Notes: a model not told the origin generated them from the sequence alone. Numbered from the stretch's first letter, positions 37,440 through 51,866 are shown. The stretch is DNA of 64,000 nucleotides from Octopus vulgaris (GCA_951406725.2 OX597814.1:59954001-60018000); one strand, 5' to 3'. A program made the numbers and translations.

Positions 37440-37880
37440 ACGTTACAGTTTCTTGCCTTTATAATAGTCGCAAGAAACTATTAGTAGCTCTTATCTTAAG
37501 ATTATGACTACCCCTCATTTGATGAGGTACATTTTTGTCGATCCTTCTTTAATGAAATAGTGTTAAGGCTTTACATTAGTACATGGTATTGAAAGATTAT
37601 TGATATGTTTCTATGATTTTTATTCACGGATTCCATATACTTCACACTGGCCAAAGGGATTTTATATTGATAGTGACTCGAGTGCGAGATACTGACAAGA
37701 TGCAAAACACGACGAAACGTGCATTTGTGACATTCACGGTCGCTTGCTGGACAATTTTGTTACATATACTTCGGAAGCATTTACTTTTTTTTTTAGTACA
37801 AGCCTATAAAAGGAACTTCCCTGGGACAACTGCAGCCTTTGACTTTTCTTGTATTGATAAAGCTTTTAATCCACAACTGT
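37440..37880 (+). pseudogene. Decayed Ty3/Gypsy RNase H
   Basis: FNEIVLRLYISTWY..FLFTDSIYFTLA resembles FDRELLAIYLSIRHF..FIFTDHKPLTFA. Confidence 0.6.
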
Positions 37881-38036
37881 TTCTTTTTCATATGTGCGTG
37901 TCTGTGTGTGTGCTTGTATATGTGTGTCTGTGTTTGTGTGTTTGTGTATGTGTATATGTGCATATATGTATGTAGTTATATACTTATGCATGCATATATA
38001 CATGTGCATATGTTTATCTGTCTATATGAATATATG

Positions 38037-38074
<38 letters not shown>

Positions 38075-38249
38075 AAGTTAATCCAAACAAGAAAACACAG
38101 CAACGCGGGGACGTGGAACAATTAAAGTATTATTTGACGCTCGATTTATACTATACCAACAGACACTATGATATATATATATATACATACATACATACAT
38201 GTATATATATATATATGTATCTGTGTATGTATGTATGCATGTATGTATT

Positions 38250-38580
38250 TACGAGGTCTGATCAATAAGTATCCGGACTGTTGCCATAGTAAGGACATTA
38301 AAGCACGCAGAGTGAAGCTGCTTGGCGCAGTTGACCTACTGTGCATGCGCACTATGTTTTAACGCTCTAGATCACTTCCGCTGATTACAGCAGTGTTTGA
38401 GAATAACGTTAGTGTTTGATCGTCGCATTGACCATGACAGAGAAAGTTGTCACGTGGATACCTGCTCAGAGACCTATGCAAAGTTGCAGAAAATATATGA
38501 AGAGGAGTGTATGAGCCGCACAGAAGTTTGCGATTTCTTCAGGTTTTTCAAAGACGTCCGATAGAATGTCAATAGTGACG
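38250..38580 (+). mobile_element. Mariner 5' fragment
   Basis: TA|CGAGGTCTGATCAATAAGTATCCGGA TIR; ETYAKLQKIYEEECMSRTEVCDFFRFFKD is HTH-like. Confidence 0.8.
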
Positions 38581-38589
38581 ATTGGTTGA

Positions 38590-39965
38590 TTCTTTCCATT
38601 TCATTCCCATACGATAAAGGCAATGAATTCTGCCAACTCTGTAATAGTGAACTACTTTATATTCTAAGAATGCTTATCGATGTAAATATTGGTAGAAACA
38701 TACCTTTAGTTCATATAAGTGATATCTACCATTCTATATAATTTGAACATTGATTGTCTTCTTACATTTCACTTCCACTTGATATATCTATTTTCAAGCC
38801 TTTAAGCTTTTATTTTAATTTACATATCGCTCCATATTTCTTCTTTATTAGTTTTCTGCTTATTTCTTTCCTTTACCCTTTCTCTTTCTATAGACTACCA
38901 TTGACATTATATCTTCAAACGTTTTTAAAAAAAAAACATAATAGCTTTCCGTTCATGATTGTATACATCAATCACATTCTGTTAGAATGCCTTATTGACG
39001 AGTTTGGTTTCTATGTTTCTTTCCTTGATTATAAGATAACATTGTTTCACACCATTTGTTCCTTTTGGAATAATACCAATGTCATCTTCGAAACATATGT
39101 CGGAGGTAAAAGAATTCGAATAACACCTACGTTTAACACCATTTATATATATATATATATATTATACAAACTATTTCATATGAACCCGGAGTTTCTACCT
39201 TTACAAACAGGGTGTTACGTCCTTATTACTTGTGTGATTTTTTGCTGCCCTGGTAACTGTTTATTTTTTCCATGTTAATTGTAAACAAGGGAAAAATACA
39301 TACATCTATTTATATATACTTCAACCAGGTTTCCTTATAACCTGCTAATAAAATAGTTACCGCATATGGAGTTATTTAATATAAACACCTCTCTTAAGGA
39401 TATGCCCATTCCCCCAAATAATGCTTTCTTTAAGCAACTCATTAATGAAACAAATTCCTTTTATTAACCAGATCAGATAGCTCACTTTTTTCTTCGACAA
39501 TAAGGACATTTAACAGCCCACTAATGATATAACTTTTGAATTTAGGAAATTATCTAAATCTAAAAACAATCCACCACATAACCCAAGATTGAAACAGTTT
39601 GAAGATGATTTTTGATCTATTGTGAGGAATGTAAAATTTCAACGTTCACCCCTAAAGAATAAACATCAGAGGTATCTTCACAATACCACCAAGGAATTTC
39701 ATAGCATGGATAGTACACTGGTTTAATCAGATAAAACGGGAAACCTGTACAAAGTTATCAAGGACTATTACCTAAAACTGCTTAAAAAAAGAAATTAAAA
39801 ATAAACTATAGGATTACCGGTAAAGGTACACTCAGGAAAGCCCACCTTGGGGCTGAAGAAATTATGGAGAAGTATAACTTGCAGATGAAGACAGAACCAC
39901 TTGATCCTAAGCAACCTCTTTTTGTTTTAAAATATCGTAAACAATTTTGTTTTCACAACCCATCC
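38590..39965 (+). mobile_element. Penelope-like: GIY-YIG tail, terminal repeat, then ORF N-terminus
   Basis: 38590-39110 is homologous to the reverse complement of 35470-36010. It is followed by SLKDMPIP, LKQFEDDF..VRNVKF, SDKTGNLY. Confidence 0.85.
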
Positions 39966-40019
39966 TGCTCTGTTCCGGACAGCTCTTTTGAAGAACTCGA
40001 CTGTAGCTTAACCTGAAGT

Positions 40020-42189
40020 GTAATAGTACTCTGTTGCAACCATGTTACCCTATGTAGTTTTTGGATCAATTAAAGTATCGATGCAGTCGAGGAGTTCTAC
40101 TTTTTAGTGTAATACTGTGTCTCTGAAGAATCTATATAATCTATATAACGTGCTATTTAGATATATAGTGACTTTTACAAATGTTGTTTTCCAATATATA
40201 TTTTAGAAAGCAATAAGGATAAGTCGTACACTTATCCTTATTGCTTTCTAAAATATATATTGGTAGTTTTCGGTAAAACAGAACGGGCCATATGCTTGCA
40301 TATATTTATAACTACATATTTCTTTAGTTTACTTTACTCGCCACTACTGTATACCCCCAATACAATAAGACAAGTGCCTGATATACGATGCATACATAAT
40401 ATATCGACAAAGAATCAAAGCATAAACCGTTGAGCGTTATCATAGTTAATATCGTACACAGCATGCCTCATTTAATTAAAATTTTTGATTTATCTCGAAG
40501 CCGAACCGTGCAAAGGCAATTAAACACAGTTGGAAATTTCATGACATGGCTACAAGCGAACACGATGTGAGAGAGACACACGATGCTCGGAAGCCAGCTA
40601 TCGGCATAAACACGTTAACACTACACGTTTTTTTCTTTCAAATTGTCAAATTCTATAAACTCTATCGAAACGAAAGATACTTTGAACCAATGAGTAAACT
40701 TCTTACGCGGTTGAGTGACCCACTAGAAAGTGTAGCCAGATTTCCTCACTTGATGCCGAAGGACTTTTTAAAACGGAATGTACTGGATATTAGCTTAAAT
40801 GTGCAAAATGCGTGATGTTCAAGGCGGAAGCACATTCGAAGATATGTCTGCTTAATCAAAGCTAACATGGTGCTAAAAAGCATCAACAACTGAAGCATTT
40901 TCTTGCATAATAAATGGAATATATTTAATCTTCATAACAATTCGTTCTTTATGTATCTATATCTAAATGAAGGCCATTCAGACAACTTGCGCAAGTTACT
41001 AATGTTTGGCCCTTGGCACCTTATAATATATATGTATGTGATTTGACTAAAAATAAATTAATAATTAATATCATGTACTTTTTAGAACTATCAATGTAAA
41101 ACAACTTTCCAAAAGGCCAAAATAATAGATTTATACTATACCAACAGACACTATGATAAAACTGGAGATGATAAAACTGCCACTCGATAACCAAATTTAT
41201 ATTAAATAACATTCAAGAATAATAACTGTTTTATTTATCGTAGTTTTGTTGTATTTATTCGAAGATTATGTGTTACAATGTTAAATATCGGTCGACTGGA
41301 GCAAGCATGAGGTCTGAGAAAACAGAAAGGTAACATATAGTATATGGTGACCTCACTAACTCCTTTGATTCTGTTATCCAGGAAAGACATTGCTTACAAC
41401 CTTGTCCAATGTTGGGAATGATATTCTTTTAGAATCATATAGTGACCCATAAGAAAGAGGGCAAAAACATTGGAAAGATTAATTTAAACAATAGAACAAT
41501 TCAATATTGTGTGTGATATTTTTTCATTGCTGGTAATGTGTCCGTAATACTTTCTAGTACTTCTGTGCTAAAACACTCATAGAGTGCACAGTAGAGGAGT
41601 AATAATTCAATCATATATGCGGGATTGTTTGCAAAGAGATGAAGTGTTTAGTTATATGTAAATCATTTAGTGATAGTTTGTTTTCCTTTTATTTCTGGTC
41701 AATGTATATTTTCCGAAATTCTTAATTGATGGTTAAATGATCCTATTTTCTTCTAAACAAAAGAGAGGGCGTCGCAAAAGTAGATGTACTCAAAACTACT
41801 TAAGAGAATATGTTTTAAAGCAATCTCATCGGACGTTTATTTAAACACCAACTCATGTCTATCCCAAGACAGATACACTTGGTTCACACTTACAGATTTG
41901 CACTAAGTGCTTTAAAATGCATCTGCACGAAATCAAACCCCAAGCATTCAATTCTGATCACAATGTTCCATTAACCAGCAACTGTCATCTCTTCATATTT
42001 CCATTCCGGAATGTTCTCTTTCTTTCGTTCTGCTGTTACATTCATTTCCTTCTTTTTCGTCTTACACTCTCCTTTCCATCTCCATATACTATTTATTACA
42101 CTATATATACAAGCGCGTAGACATATATATGAGTGCTTCTATTAACATAATATATATACATACACACACATACATACAGATATATAGAC

Positions 42190-42275
<86 letters not shown>

Positions 42276-42860
42276 ACGTGCGTGTATCTGTAAGTGCGTG
42301 TTTGTATGAGATATCATGAGTTAAGTACTAAATTACATTAATACAATCTAAGCATAACTACAATAAATATATCATCATTCCTTGCGAACGTCCATTTAGA
42401 TTATGTAATATCAATAATTTTCAGTTCAATTATGTAATACAATTGTTCAAATGTTATTTAACTGTAGTTTCACCTAATGAAATGCATTCATTTTGATGTA
42501 TGAATGATATGCTGCTCTGAAGACATTGCCCTTAACCCTAGAAACATGTATTTATTCTTGTAACCTCAAGTCATTAATCACAACATATACATCTTAAGCA
42601 TATCCATAGATCATTATTATATGTAAATATATCTTACAAACTCATATGCATATATAATTATAAACATACATTGAATATATATTTATGGAAGTGAAAGGCT
42701 AGCTTAATAATTTCCGTCAGAAATTATCACAATGGAACTAATGCGCTACATGATGATTGGGAAAACCAATAAGTTGGCTATCATTACTATTTGGAAGAGG
42801 AAGCAGATATGGTAACTTTGAATATGCTTAGAGATTAACCTGGGGAGTAAAATTTCTCAA
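40020..42860 (+). pseudogene. Decayed Ty3/Gypsy INT C-term - spacer - gag - PR - RT start
   Basis: MLPYVVFG, YPQYNK..IDKESKHKPLSV, TRCER (integrase end); YMVTSLTP, NLNNRT (gag); SWLSLL (RT). Confidence 0.5.
40191..40263. repeat. Perfect 34-bp hairpin, 5-nt loop
   Basis: CCAATATATATTTTAGAAAGCAATAAGGATAAGT-CGTAC-ACTTATCCTTATTGCTTTCTAAAATATATATTGG. Confidence 0.95.
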
Positions 42861-42881
42861 TCATATTTGCACGTTTATACT

Positions 42882-42900
42882 TTATTATTATTATTATTAT

Positions 42901-42934
<34 letters not shown>

Positions 42935-42935
42935 T

Positions 42936-42976
<41 letters not shown>

Positions 42977-43053
42977 GGTGGTGGTGGTGGTGGTGGTGGT
43001 GGTAGTAGTAGTAGTAGTAACAGCAGCAGCAGTAGGTGTAGGAGTAGTAGTAG
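42882..43053. repeat. Compound (TTA)(TAG)(TGG)(CAG) microsatellite
   Basis: Seen directly; source of the poly-V/T ORFs. Confidence 0.95.
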
Positions 43054-43442
43054 TTACCACCGGAATATCAGCAGCTACGTCAAAAGAGGTATATTTCCTA
43101 TCCACCAGAGATATCCTCTTCAGCAACCTATTTTCCCACGTGGTTATACATTTTTTGTGACCTCATCCTTTAGTATGAGATAATTAGTCTCATTGTACCT
43201 TTGTTGAATACCTTTACTCGAGCATTTCAATTTTCTTGCAATTTCAACTTGGTAGAGGTGGAGACAGGATTAAACTGGTGCCACCACGTGAGCGTGTAAT
43301 ATATGGGGAGAATTCACAAAAAACAAAAGACGAAGACAAGAGGTGTAGACAACAAAGAGATGTATTAGTAGTACTTATATGTAAGGATTACTCCGAAGTG
43401 GTAATAACATTACCTTTAATTCTGTATATATATATATATAGG

Positions 43443-45557
43443 CAGTATCTGACAGAAGTATGTACACTCCTAAAATGTTTCAGTAAAGTTGCCATTGCTC
43501 TGATTACATATTAATTTTCAAACGTTACAACAATATGTACACCTTAAACGAAATTTGCTATGTTCTGTATTTTATCCACTTTTTTTACTAAATTCAGATA
43601 TTGCTTATAATTTCAATTCTAATAAATTATTTCTCCTGCAATTTTGCACCGGACATTTGTATTGCATCTCCATGGATTCTTATTTATGTACCTTGCTGAA
43701 CATCTTCAATGTGATTAAAATGGCACCAAAAGGAAAAGAATTGCCTGAAGATTTGAAGACAATTATTTTCAATTTACTCTAAGACACAAGCTAATTAGCA
43801 AACGAATACATATTAGCGTAAACACAGTTACACAAAGTAATTCAAAAGTACAAATCTACTGGACGGCTTATCAATAAACATCATTCAGGTCGTCCTTCTC
43901 TTTTATCTGTCTGTGATATTCGCCACATCCAACATTGCGTTGTATTGCTCCATCTTTTGCACAAGAAGTGTCTTCTGCTAGTGGAACTAGTGTATCTGCC
44001 CAAACAGTTTGCCGAAGTTTGAATCAATGGGGTCTTCTTGGATGCATTTCACATAGGAAGCCTCTCCTCACTACCAAGCATAAATCAAGTCATCTTTCTT
44101 TTGCCGAAACTTATATTGAGTAATGGGAAGGAGCTTTGGAAGAAAATTCTTTTTTCTGACGAGACAAAAATCAACTAGTTTGGGTCAGATGGTATTAAAC
44201 GAGTATGGCGATGACCAGGTGATGATTATAGCGACAAAGGCACCGTACCTACTGTGAAACACGGTGGTAGAAGTATTATGCATTGGAGATAACTGAGTGC
44301 GGCTGGTATGGGAGGATTCGTATTTATCGAGAGAACAATGGATTCAAGGCTTTATTGTGATATACTGCAGAAAACAATGTTAGAATGCATCAAGGAACTA
44401 GGAAGATATTCCATGTTCCAACAGTATAGTGACCCTAAACACACTTTAAACATGATGACTAAGTTTTAATTAGATAAAAAGTTAGTATTGCCTTGGCCTA
44501 CCATCAGTGGCGGCTCGTGTATAGGGAATGCCGAACTGCAGCACCCACTATTGTCACTCAGTATTATCGATTACATTCAATATAAGTCCTTTTTTCTGTA
44601 ATTCTTTCTTTATACTAGTACATTATATAATTCTTAAGCTTAATGTCAGTAGCCATCCCCTAGTTTTTGAAAACAATACCAACATCCTTGTATGGAACTG
44701 TGTGCTTCACAGTTTCAACTGTTGTGCGCATGCTCAGATGTTCGAAATAGGAAGCTTCACGCTAGGGAACACTGTCGTTAACGTAGTGTCGGTGAAATAT
44801 AGCATTTCTTTTTGACTCCGTGTGTGTTGTGCTTAAAAACGTGTTTATATTCTTGAATGTGATAAAGTGTAGAATTAGATTATTATCCTGCTTCCAGCTT
44901 CAATGTTGCTACAAGGATTCGAAAAATAGGGCGGACCCCCCTCCTTGTTTTGTGATTTAGTGGGGATTTTTGAAAAACAAGGGGGAAATTTGCAGTTGTG
45001 TTCAGTGAACAAATTAAACACACTACTCGGCAGTGTTTAAAACGCGAATCGATCAAGTTTATATATAAATATTCGTTTTATGCCTGTTTCCTCTTACACA
45101 ATATTAAAACAACGGCTAAAACTTTTCTCAAGTAGCACCCTCACTAATTCTATCTAAGAGCCACTATTGTCTACCATGTTACCTGATTTGAACCCATTTG
45201 TCGGGTGTTTTGGAAAGGAATGCGGATGAGAAAAAGCCTAGCAATGTAATACAAATGAAAAACATCATACAGGATGAATGGAAGTCGATTTCATCTGTTA
45301 TACGTGGAAATTTAGTCGACTATTTGCCCAGAAGAATTAATGCCGTCATTGACAGCGAGGGCAGTCACACTAAATACTGAATATAGCAAATAATCGTTAG
45401 AAATTTTTTATTGTTATGTGTTCCAACTTTGTATAATGTTTGCGTGTATAATATATTTTATTCAGTATAAATTTTGTTCGATTCTTTCGATATTATCAGA
45501 GTAATGGCAATTTTACTGAAATATTTTAGGGGGTGTACATACTTCTGTAAGATAGTG
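43443..45557 (+). mobile_element. Tc1-family (DD34E-type) transposon, pseudogenised
   Basis: ~60-bp TIRs CA.TATCT.ACAGAAGTATGTACAC..; MAPKGKELPEDLK, FSDETKI, VKHGG.SIM.W, FQQYSDPKH, WPT|MLPDLNP, LPRRINAVI..GSHTKY*. Confidence 0.92.
44505..45169. mobile_element. hAT-like non-autonomous element
   Basis: Termini CAGTGGCGGCTC / GAGCCACTATTG; 8-bp TSD CCTACCAT / TCTACCAT. Confidence 0.8.
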
Positions 45558-45566
45558 TATACATAT

Positions 45567-45598
<32 letters not shown>

Positions 45599-45614
45599 AT
45601 AGATACATAGATGC

Positions 45615-45649
<35 letters not shown>

Positions 45650-46635
45650 CGTATGTATATACATGTGTGTGTGCGTTTGTGTTTGTGTTCGTAAATCAGT
45701 GTCTGTGTTTCTTCACACCTATCTATTAATAGCTGTTTTTCGTGTTTTATCGCTTTATGGACTGTAACGAGATGATTCGAGAAAAACGCATAAATGATAA
45801 AAGTAGTATAAAAGTAAGGTAAATTGTAGATTCATTTATGGTCGATAAAATTACTTGAATGAACTGGTACATCATAGCTCCAGTTCAATATGTAGAAGCA
45901 ATACACGAGTAGAAATATAAAAATATTGCCGACATTCAAAGAAACCGCCCCTTCCTGTACGACTAGTATAGTTTTAACACAAACATATTTTCATATAGTT
46001 AGAGAGGCAGATAGATAGACTGACAGACAGATAGATTGGGAGATAAATGTACATACAAATATATACTTGTATAAGGACTTAGTGTTCACCGACTTTTCAG
46101 ATACTTTTTTCAGTTTTTTAATTTGGTTACTATATATATGCTTCTGTGTGAGTATGTGTGTGTCTGTGTGTGTATGTGTGTAAGTATGTATGCATGTATG
46201 CGTGCATGTATGTAGGAATATATATGCACATACGACATTCGGGCTATATTTGTCGGTCTTTCATTTTCCTTTTTTCTTGTTCTCAGGAACACCTTGATGT
46301 ATTGCAAAACAGTCAAAGGCGGTGTGAGCATAAAGATTAAAGCTGTAGTTAAGAACAGGTTAGCTGTCATGGAAGACTGAAAGCCATCGGAATATTGGCA
46401 AACAGCTACCTCTATAATGACAATACGCCCCGGGTATCAAAATACCGACATCATCACTGCTGCTTGCAGTGTTCAGTAAGCCCTGTATGGGTTGCAACGC
46501 GTGATATGGACAAGCACATTTATACATACATACACCCAAACACGCAAGTACACACACATGCACAAACACACGTATATATTAGATAGATAGATAAATACAT
46601 GCACATACACATATACATAATACATACATGCATAC

Positions 46636-46666
<31 letters not shown>

Positions 46667-46999
46667 GAACGATTAACGTAAAGAGATCGAAAGACAGAGA
46701 AACATGGAAAACATTTCATCAACCGTGTACAGAAGACTAGAAGCACAGTTTTTGTGCAATTAAACCTCCAGACTGTGCATTCCATGGTACTGCTCGTCTG
46801 GTTGCGGAAGTATTTCTAAGTAGATGGACAAACAAAAACTAAATCTAAAAAAGAACACATACAAGAAAAACGGAATATTATGCATCGAAGCAATGCAATA
46901 TCAGAAAATATATAACATATACACGCATAAATATATACATTTATATATATATATATATAAAGAAATATTCAATATTTGACTTCATTTATTAAATCAAGT

Positions 47000-48970
47000 T
47001 TAATAAATTTCATCAAAAAATTAAATGAAGCAGATTGGATGTAAAAAATAGTTAACGCTTTTATTTCATATTCCTAGAATTGTTTCGAACAAAAAGACAA
47101 GATTTCCATAAAGAGAACATCATAAAAGCCGAATTTGTACTCTTCAGCAAGTGAGATTTAAAGTAAAATAAAAATAAACAAAAGACGTTAAAAATATAGA
47201 TCGAACTTTTTCAGGTATTTGTATATTCCTTCTTCCACTCACAATTATTTGAATTGGGACTAAGCCCATTAAAGAACTTGGCTGGTTACATATCTAATAT
47301 TTAAATTTTTCACTTCCTTGCTATTAAATCAAATATATATCTATTTTTAAAAAAAAACTCACTATAGAATATACTGGTCAAGATGTATGTGTATGCACGT
47401 TCAGAAATGCCAAATAAAGAGCTTATGTAATTTGAGTTTCATATTTAAAATTTTGCTAAGTGTCATCTGTCATTTCTACTATAGACTTAAGTAAATAGGA
47501 AGCTAGCACAAGAATATGAGATTGATTAATAGTTCATATAGTTTTTGTTTAAGTATTACAATAATCCATAGACAATATAGGGAATAACGTATGACGAAAA
47601 GACATTAGAAATCTCTAGAAAAAAATTCCAATTAAAGGACGGAGATATATCCATAGCCGAAATTTGCTATGAGGATTCGGTGTCTGACTGAAGATTGAAG
47701 GCTTCGAATGATTTGTCTGTGTTCCGTGTTCGTCCCTTCCTGTATTTCACGTTCTTTATATATAAAAACATTTATTCTTCTATATATATATATATATATA
47801 TATATGACTTTAAACATGCATGCGCGCGTATATGTACATATGCTTATACATACATACACACCCATCAAGCACACTCGTAAAAATAATTACACATAAAATA
47901 TACAAAAACTTGTGTTAGCCTTTTGACCAGATACAAGACTAAACGACACTCACCTAATAAAAGTGCACCAATAATGAATTGAGAAGCTTGGCCTTCAGCG
48001 CTTTTATTTTTCAAGTCTTAATGCCATTCTATCACAAGCATTGACGCACGAATCGCTCCTCGTGACCACAGGTTCGTAAGATGGTTGTGATTTGTAAAAA
48101 AATTTGAGAAGAACCCAGAAAAAGAAGTATGAATTTTCAATGCGCATGTGCTCACCGAATTCGTAAAACGGAAATGACGAATAAAAACGCAATGTCAAAC
48201 ATATCATGTCTAACACCACTATCACTCAGCTTTGCTGCAATCTTCTTGTTAAGAATCCCATTGCTGCCATTTATCTTTAAACTTGTTTTCTGGACTTCAA
48301 TTTATTTCTTCAGATTTCTGCCATCAAACGAAAGCAACATTTTCTAACATTTTTTTTTTTTTTTTGCAACAAAGGTGAATTATTAAACACATCCTTCTTC
48401 CTCTAAACAGCCATTCTTCCTGTTTTCATATACATCTACCAAAGTTATTCTTCCTTCACTAGTTGAATAAACTGGCAGCTGAAACAAAGTCTCAGACACT
48501 ACAAATTTACAATAAGTTTAGTTCTTCTTAATGCAAACAAAACACACTTAGATATAACACATTTAGCTGCGAAACCGTTTTCAGAGAGTGAAGTAAAGGA
48601 TCTCTTATAGAAAATATCTCAATAACTTTCGCTTTCAGTAAATGGTTTTTGTCTTTTTGCAGTGAACAGCATTAATCAGTCGGAAATTTCAGTGAAATCG
48701 ACACGAATTCCAAAGCAAAAATGTAAAGATACATAAAAGAATTGAAAACTGTCATCAAAAGAAAGTGTCGAAGTTGGTCAGAAATATCTCAAAAGATATG
48801 ATTTATTGAATACCAAGTTTTATATTCAAATATGTATTTGTATGAAACTGAGCGGCAAAGATTTTCAGAGAATGTAGAAGTGTGAAAAGGCGAATAATGT
48901 GTCTGAAATAGAGCACACAAAGAGATGTCAGATGCGTAAGAAATGCAATAAATGCAATTTCATATTTCAA
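47000..48970 (+). pseudogene. Decayed Ty3/Gypsy RT-RH-INT, interrupted
   Basis: LFSK*DLK, RTFSGICIF (RT); NKNAMSNIS..SFAAI (end of RH); NGFCLFAVNSI (integrase NGF.YLLTCIDRF). Confidence 0.5.
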
Positions 48971-49060
48971 TATGGGAACATATATTATAAAGAACATAGA
49001 TTGTATGGCGGTGCTCCTGCATGGCTGCGGTCAAATTAGTGAGACAAGTAAAAGAATAAA

Positions 49061-49174
<114 letters not shown>

Positions 49175-49493
49175 TAAACGATAATTATTCAAAGAATATT
49201 TATATAGATATTATTGTTATCATTAGTAGTAAAATAAATAACAACTATAATAATATAAGCGGCCAGCAGGCAAAAAGCCGAAAATATAGCAAATCCAATA
49301 TTTGATAATTAATTTATAATTATAATAGACCGCACATACGGTGCCAGCATTACTGTAAAAATCAAAGTGGAAAACTACTTTAATAAACCACTATTTCACT
49401 GGAAAATACAACAGGCACAATAGAAATCAGGCAAGAAGCAGAGAGATTAATTTGCCATCTCAGCATAAAGCCGCAGAATGGGGTAGTAGATAT

Positions 49494-49575
49494 ACCTGGA
49501 TCAACTGATTTCGAATTTTGAGACATGGCCACCCTTATTCTCATTAGCAGGCCACCCTTATTCTCATTAGCAGGT
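49494..49575 (-). ncRNA. Type I hammerhead ribozyme with G5A core change and duplicated 23-mer
   Basis: Minus strand: (A/G)CCUG-CUAAUGA-GAAU..AUUC-GAAA-UCAGUUGA-UC-CAGGU. Confidence 0.7.
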
Positions 49576-49705
49576 CTCACATACAGCTAAGGTTAAAAAA
49601 CATTACTTGTTCTGTTGTGCTTGGTAACATTTGAAAAGCTAGCGCCAGATTAAAAAACGGTGTCGATGGATAAATTTCATGAGCGAATAAATATTCAAAG
49701 AATAT

Positions 49706-49784
<79 letters not shown>

Positions 49785-50285
49785 TTATTATTAATCATTA
49801 TTATTATGAATAAAATAAATAACAACATCCCAAATCCAAAATAAATAATAAAATCCCAAATTTTAAATAAATTCATAATTATAACTGAGGGCGCCCGAGG
49901 TACCAGCATTGCTGTAAAAATCCCATACACACACATATATATATGTATGTGTGTGTGTGTGTTTGTGTGTATATATATATATATATATTCGCCAATTGTA
50001 AATTATTTTATTTACAAAAGATTGCTTGAAACTGTGCATAGTACAGGAAATATAGGGTAAATGATTTTATTTCTCACTACCTTTCGAAATTACCCCTAAT
50101 AGTGGTTTGTGGTTTAACTGCACTTTCTAGCGAGTCAGATATCCGGTTATGGCCATCTCTTGTGTGTTTAAATGTACACTCTATATATATATATATATAC
50201 CTACATACATACATACATACATACATACATACATACATACATACATACATACATACATACATACATACATACATACATACGTGCA

Positions 50286-50320
<35 letters not shown>

Positions 50321-50549
50321 ATGTATGTATATATATATATATATATATAGACTGTTAGAGTGAAAAAAGAGGAGGGGTATGTTTCTTAAATAGTTATCAA
50401 TAAATTAGTGTTTGTATTTGGGATACAGGTTTAACGCACGCATGTAAATTAGCTTGTTTGTGTGGGTATGTGTGTGTGTGTGTTTCAGAGAGAGTGGGGA
50501 GAGATAGACAGACAGAAACACAGATAGGCAAGCAGACACAGCAACTGTA

Positions 50550-51760
50550 TGCCGCTTTAACGTAGTGAAAAGCCTCCTGATAAGTTGTTTCAGGAGTCCA
50601 ATTTCTCTTATTATTTTCAAGATATTTTCACAATAGCTTGGAAAAGTCTTGGATGACATAATGCTCATTGTGGTCCCCTAAATACCTGACGTATTAGAAA
50701 CGTACACATTAAACAAACAGGGCTATTAACGGCGACCCACCCCAAATACGAATGTCAACATATTTTTAACAATATCGAGAATATCTACGCATGGAGATAA
50801 ATTTAACATATATGTGGTCGTGTAAATTGTAAAACATTTATCTTTCTGAAATATAGTAGTTGATCAGATAATACTCCCTCTTCACCCCACGTAACAGAAC
50901 AGAACTGCTTTAGTACGTCATATGTTTAATTTTACCTTCCACTGTACCTACTTAATATGGTGAACGCAGATTATTGAAACCAGAACAAGTATTTATCTTT
51001 ATACAGTACTAATTATATCGATATCTAAACAGCAATCTTCAGCAAATTAGCAGAATCTAGTTGTCTCGTCTTAGATTGTATTTCTTACAGAAGCAATGAA
51101 TTTCACCTTCTATAATAGCTTCGGAGAGAACTTTGAAGTGGAATTAGGCACAGGGAAGCCGTGCAAGCTTATTGGATGCATCGTATCAGTTCTTTTACTC
51201 TCAGTTGTGTTCACAGAGTGGAGAACACTCTGTCACATGCACTTAATCAATTCGCCCATTTAAAGTTAAGCTATCTTCCCTCTGTTTCCCTTTGAGACTG
51301 AAAATAGACATGGAATTTTCCCTTCCTTTTCTGCTTGAATTAAAAATAACTTCAGTTGAATATTAATAACATTACTACCTGCTTTACTGCAACCATTACA
51401 TTTAAAATCTATTCCTCTATTGCAGGTGTATATATTAATAATGTTTTATCAGCTTATATAGCTTTTATTTAGGAAAATACAGTAAGAAATAATTTGAAAT
51501 AAGTGGAATGCACATACTAAAGATTAACCTTAGTGACCTTCAGTTGCACTGAATTGAAATGTTCTTTGTGGGTAAACTGAAGACAGAATCGGAAATTAAT
51601 TAGACTTAGAAGAAAATAATGAGAGGAACACTGTAGATTTTATGTATTCTGTAACATTTCGCATATCTTTTTACGTTTATTCCTACATTTTTATAGTTCA
51701 TCGTTTAGCTTTGTACTGAAGCTTCTGAACCTTAAACACACACATATAAGTATATACGTG

Positions 51761-51814
<54 letters not shown>

Positions 51815-51815
51815 C

Positions 51816-51848
<33 letters not shown>

Positions 51849-51866
51849 ATATATATATATACATAC

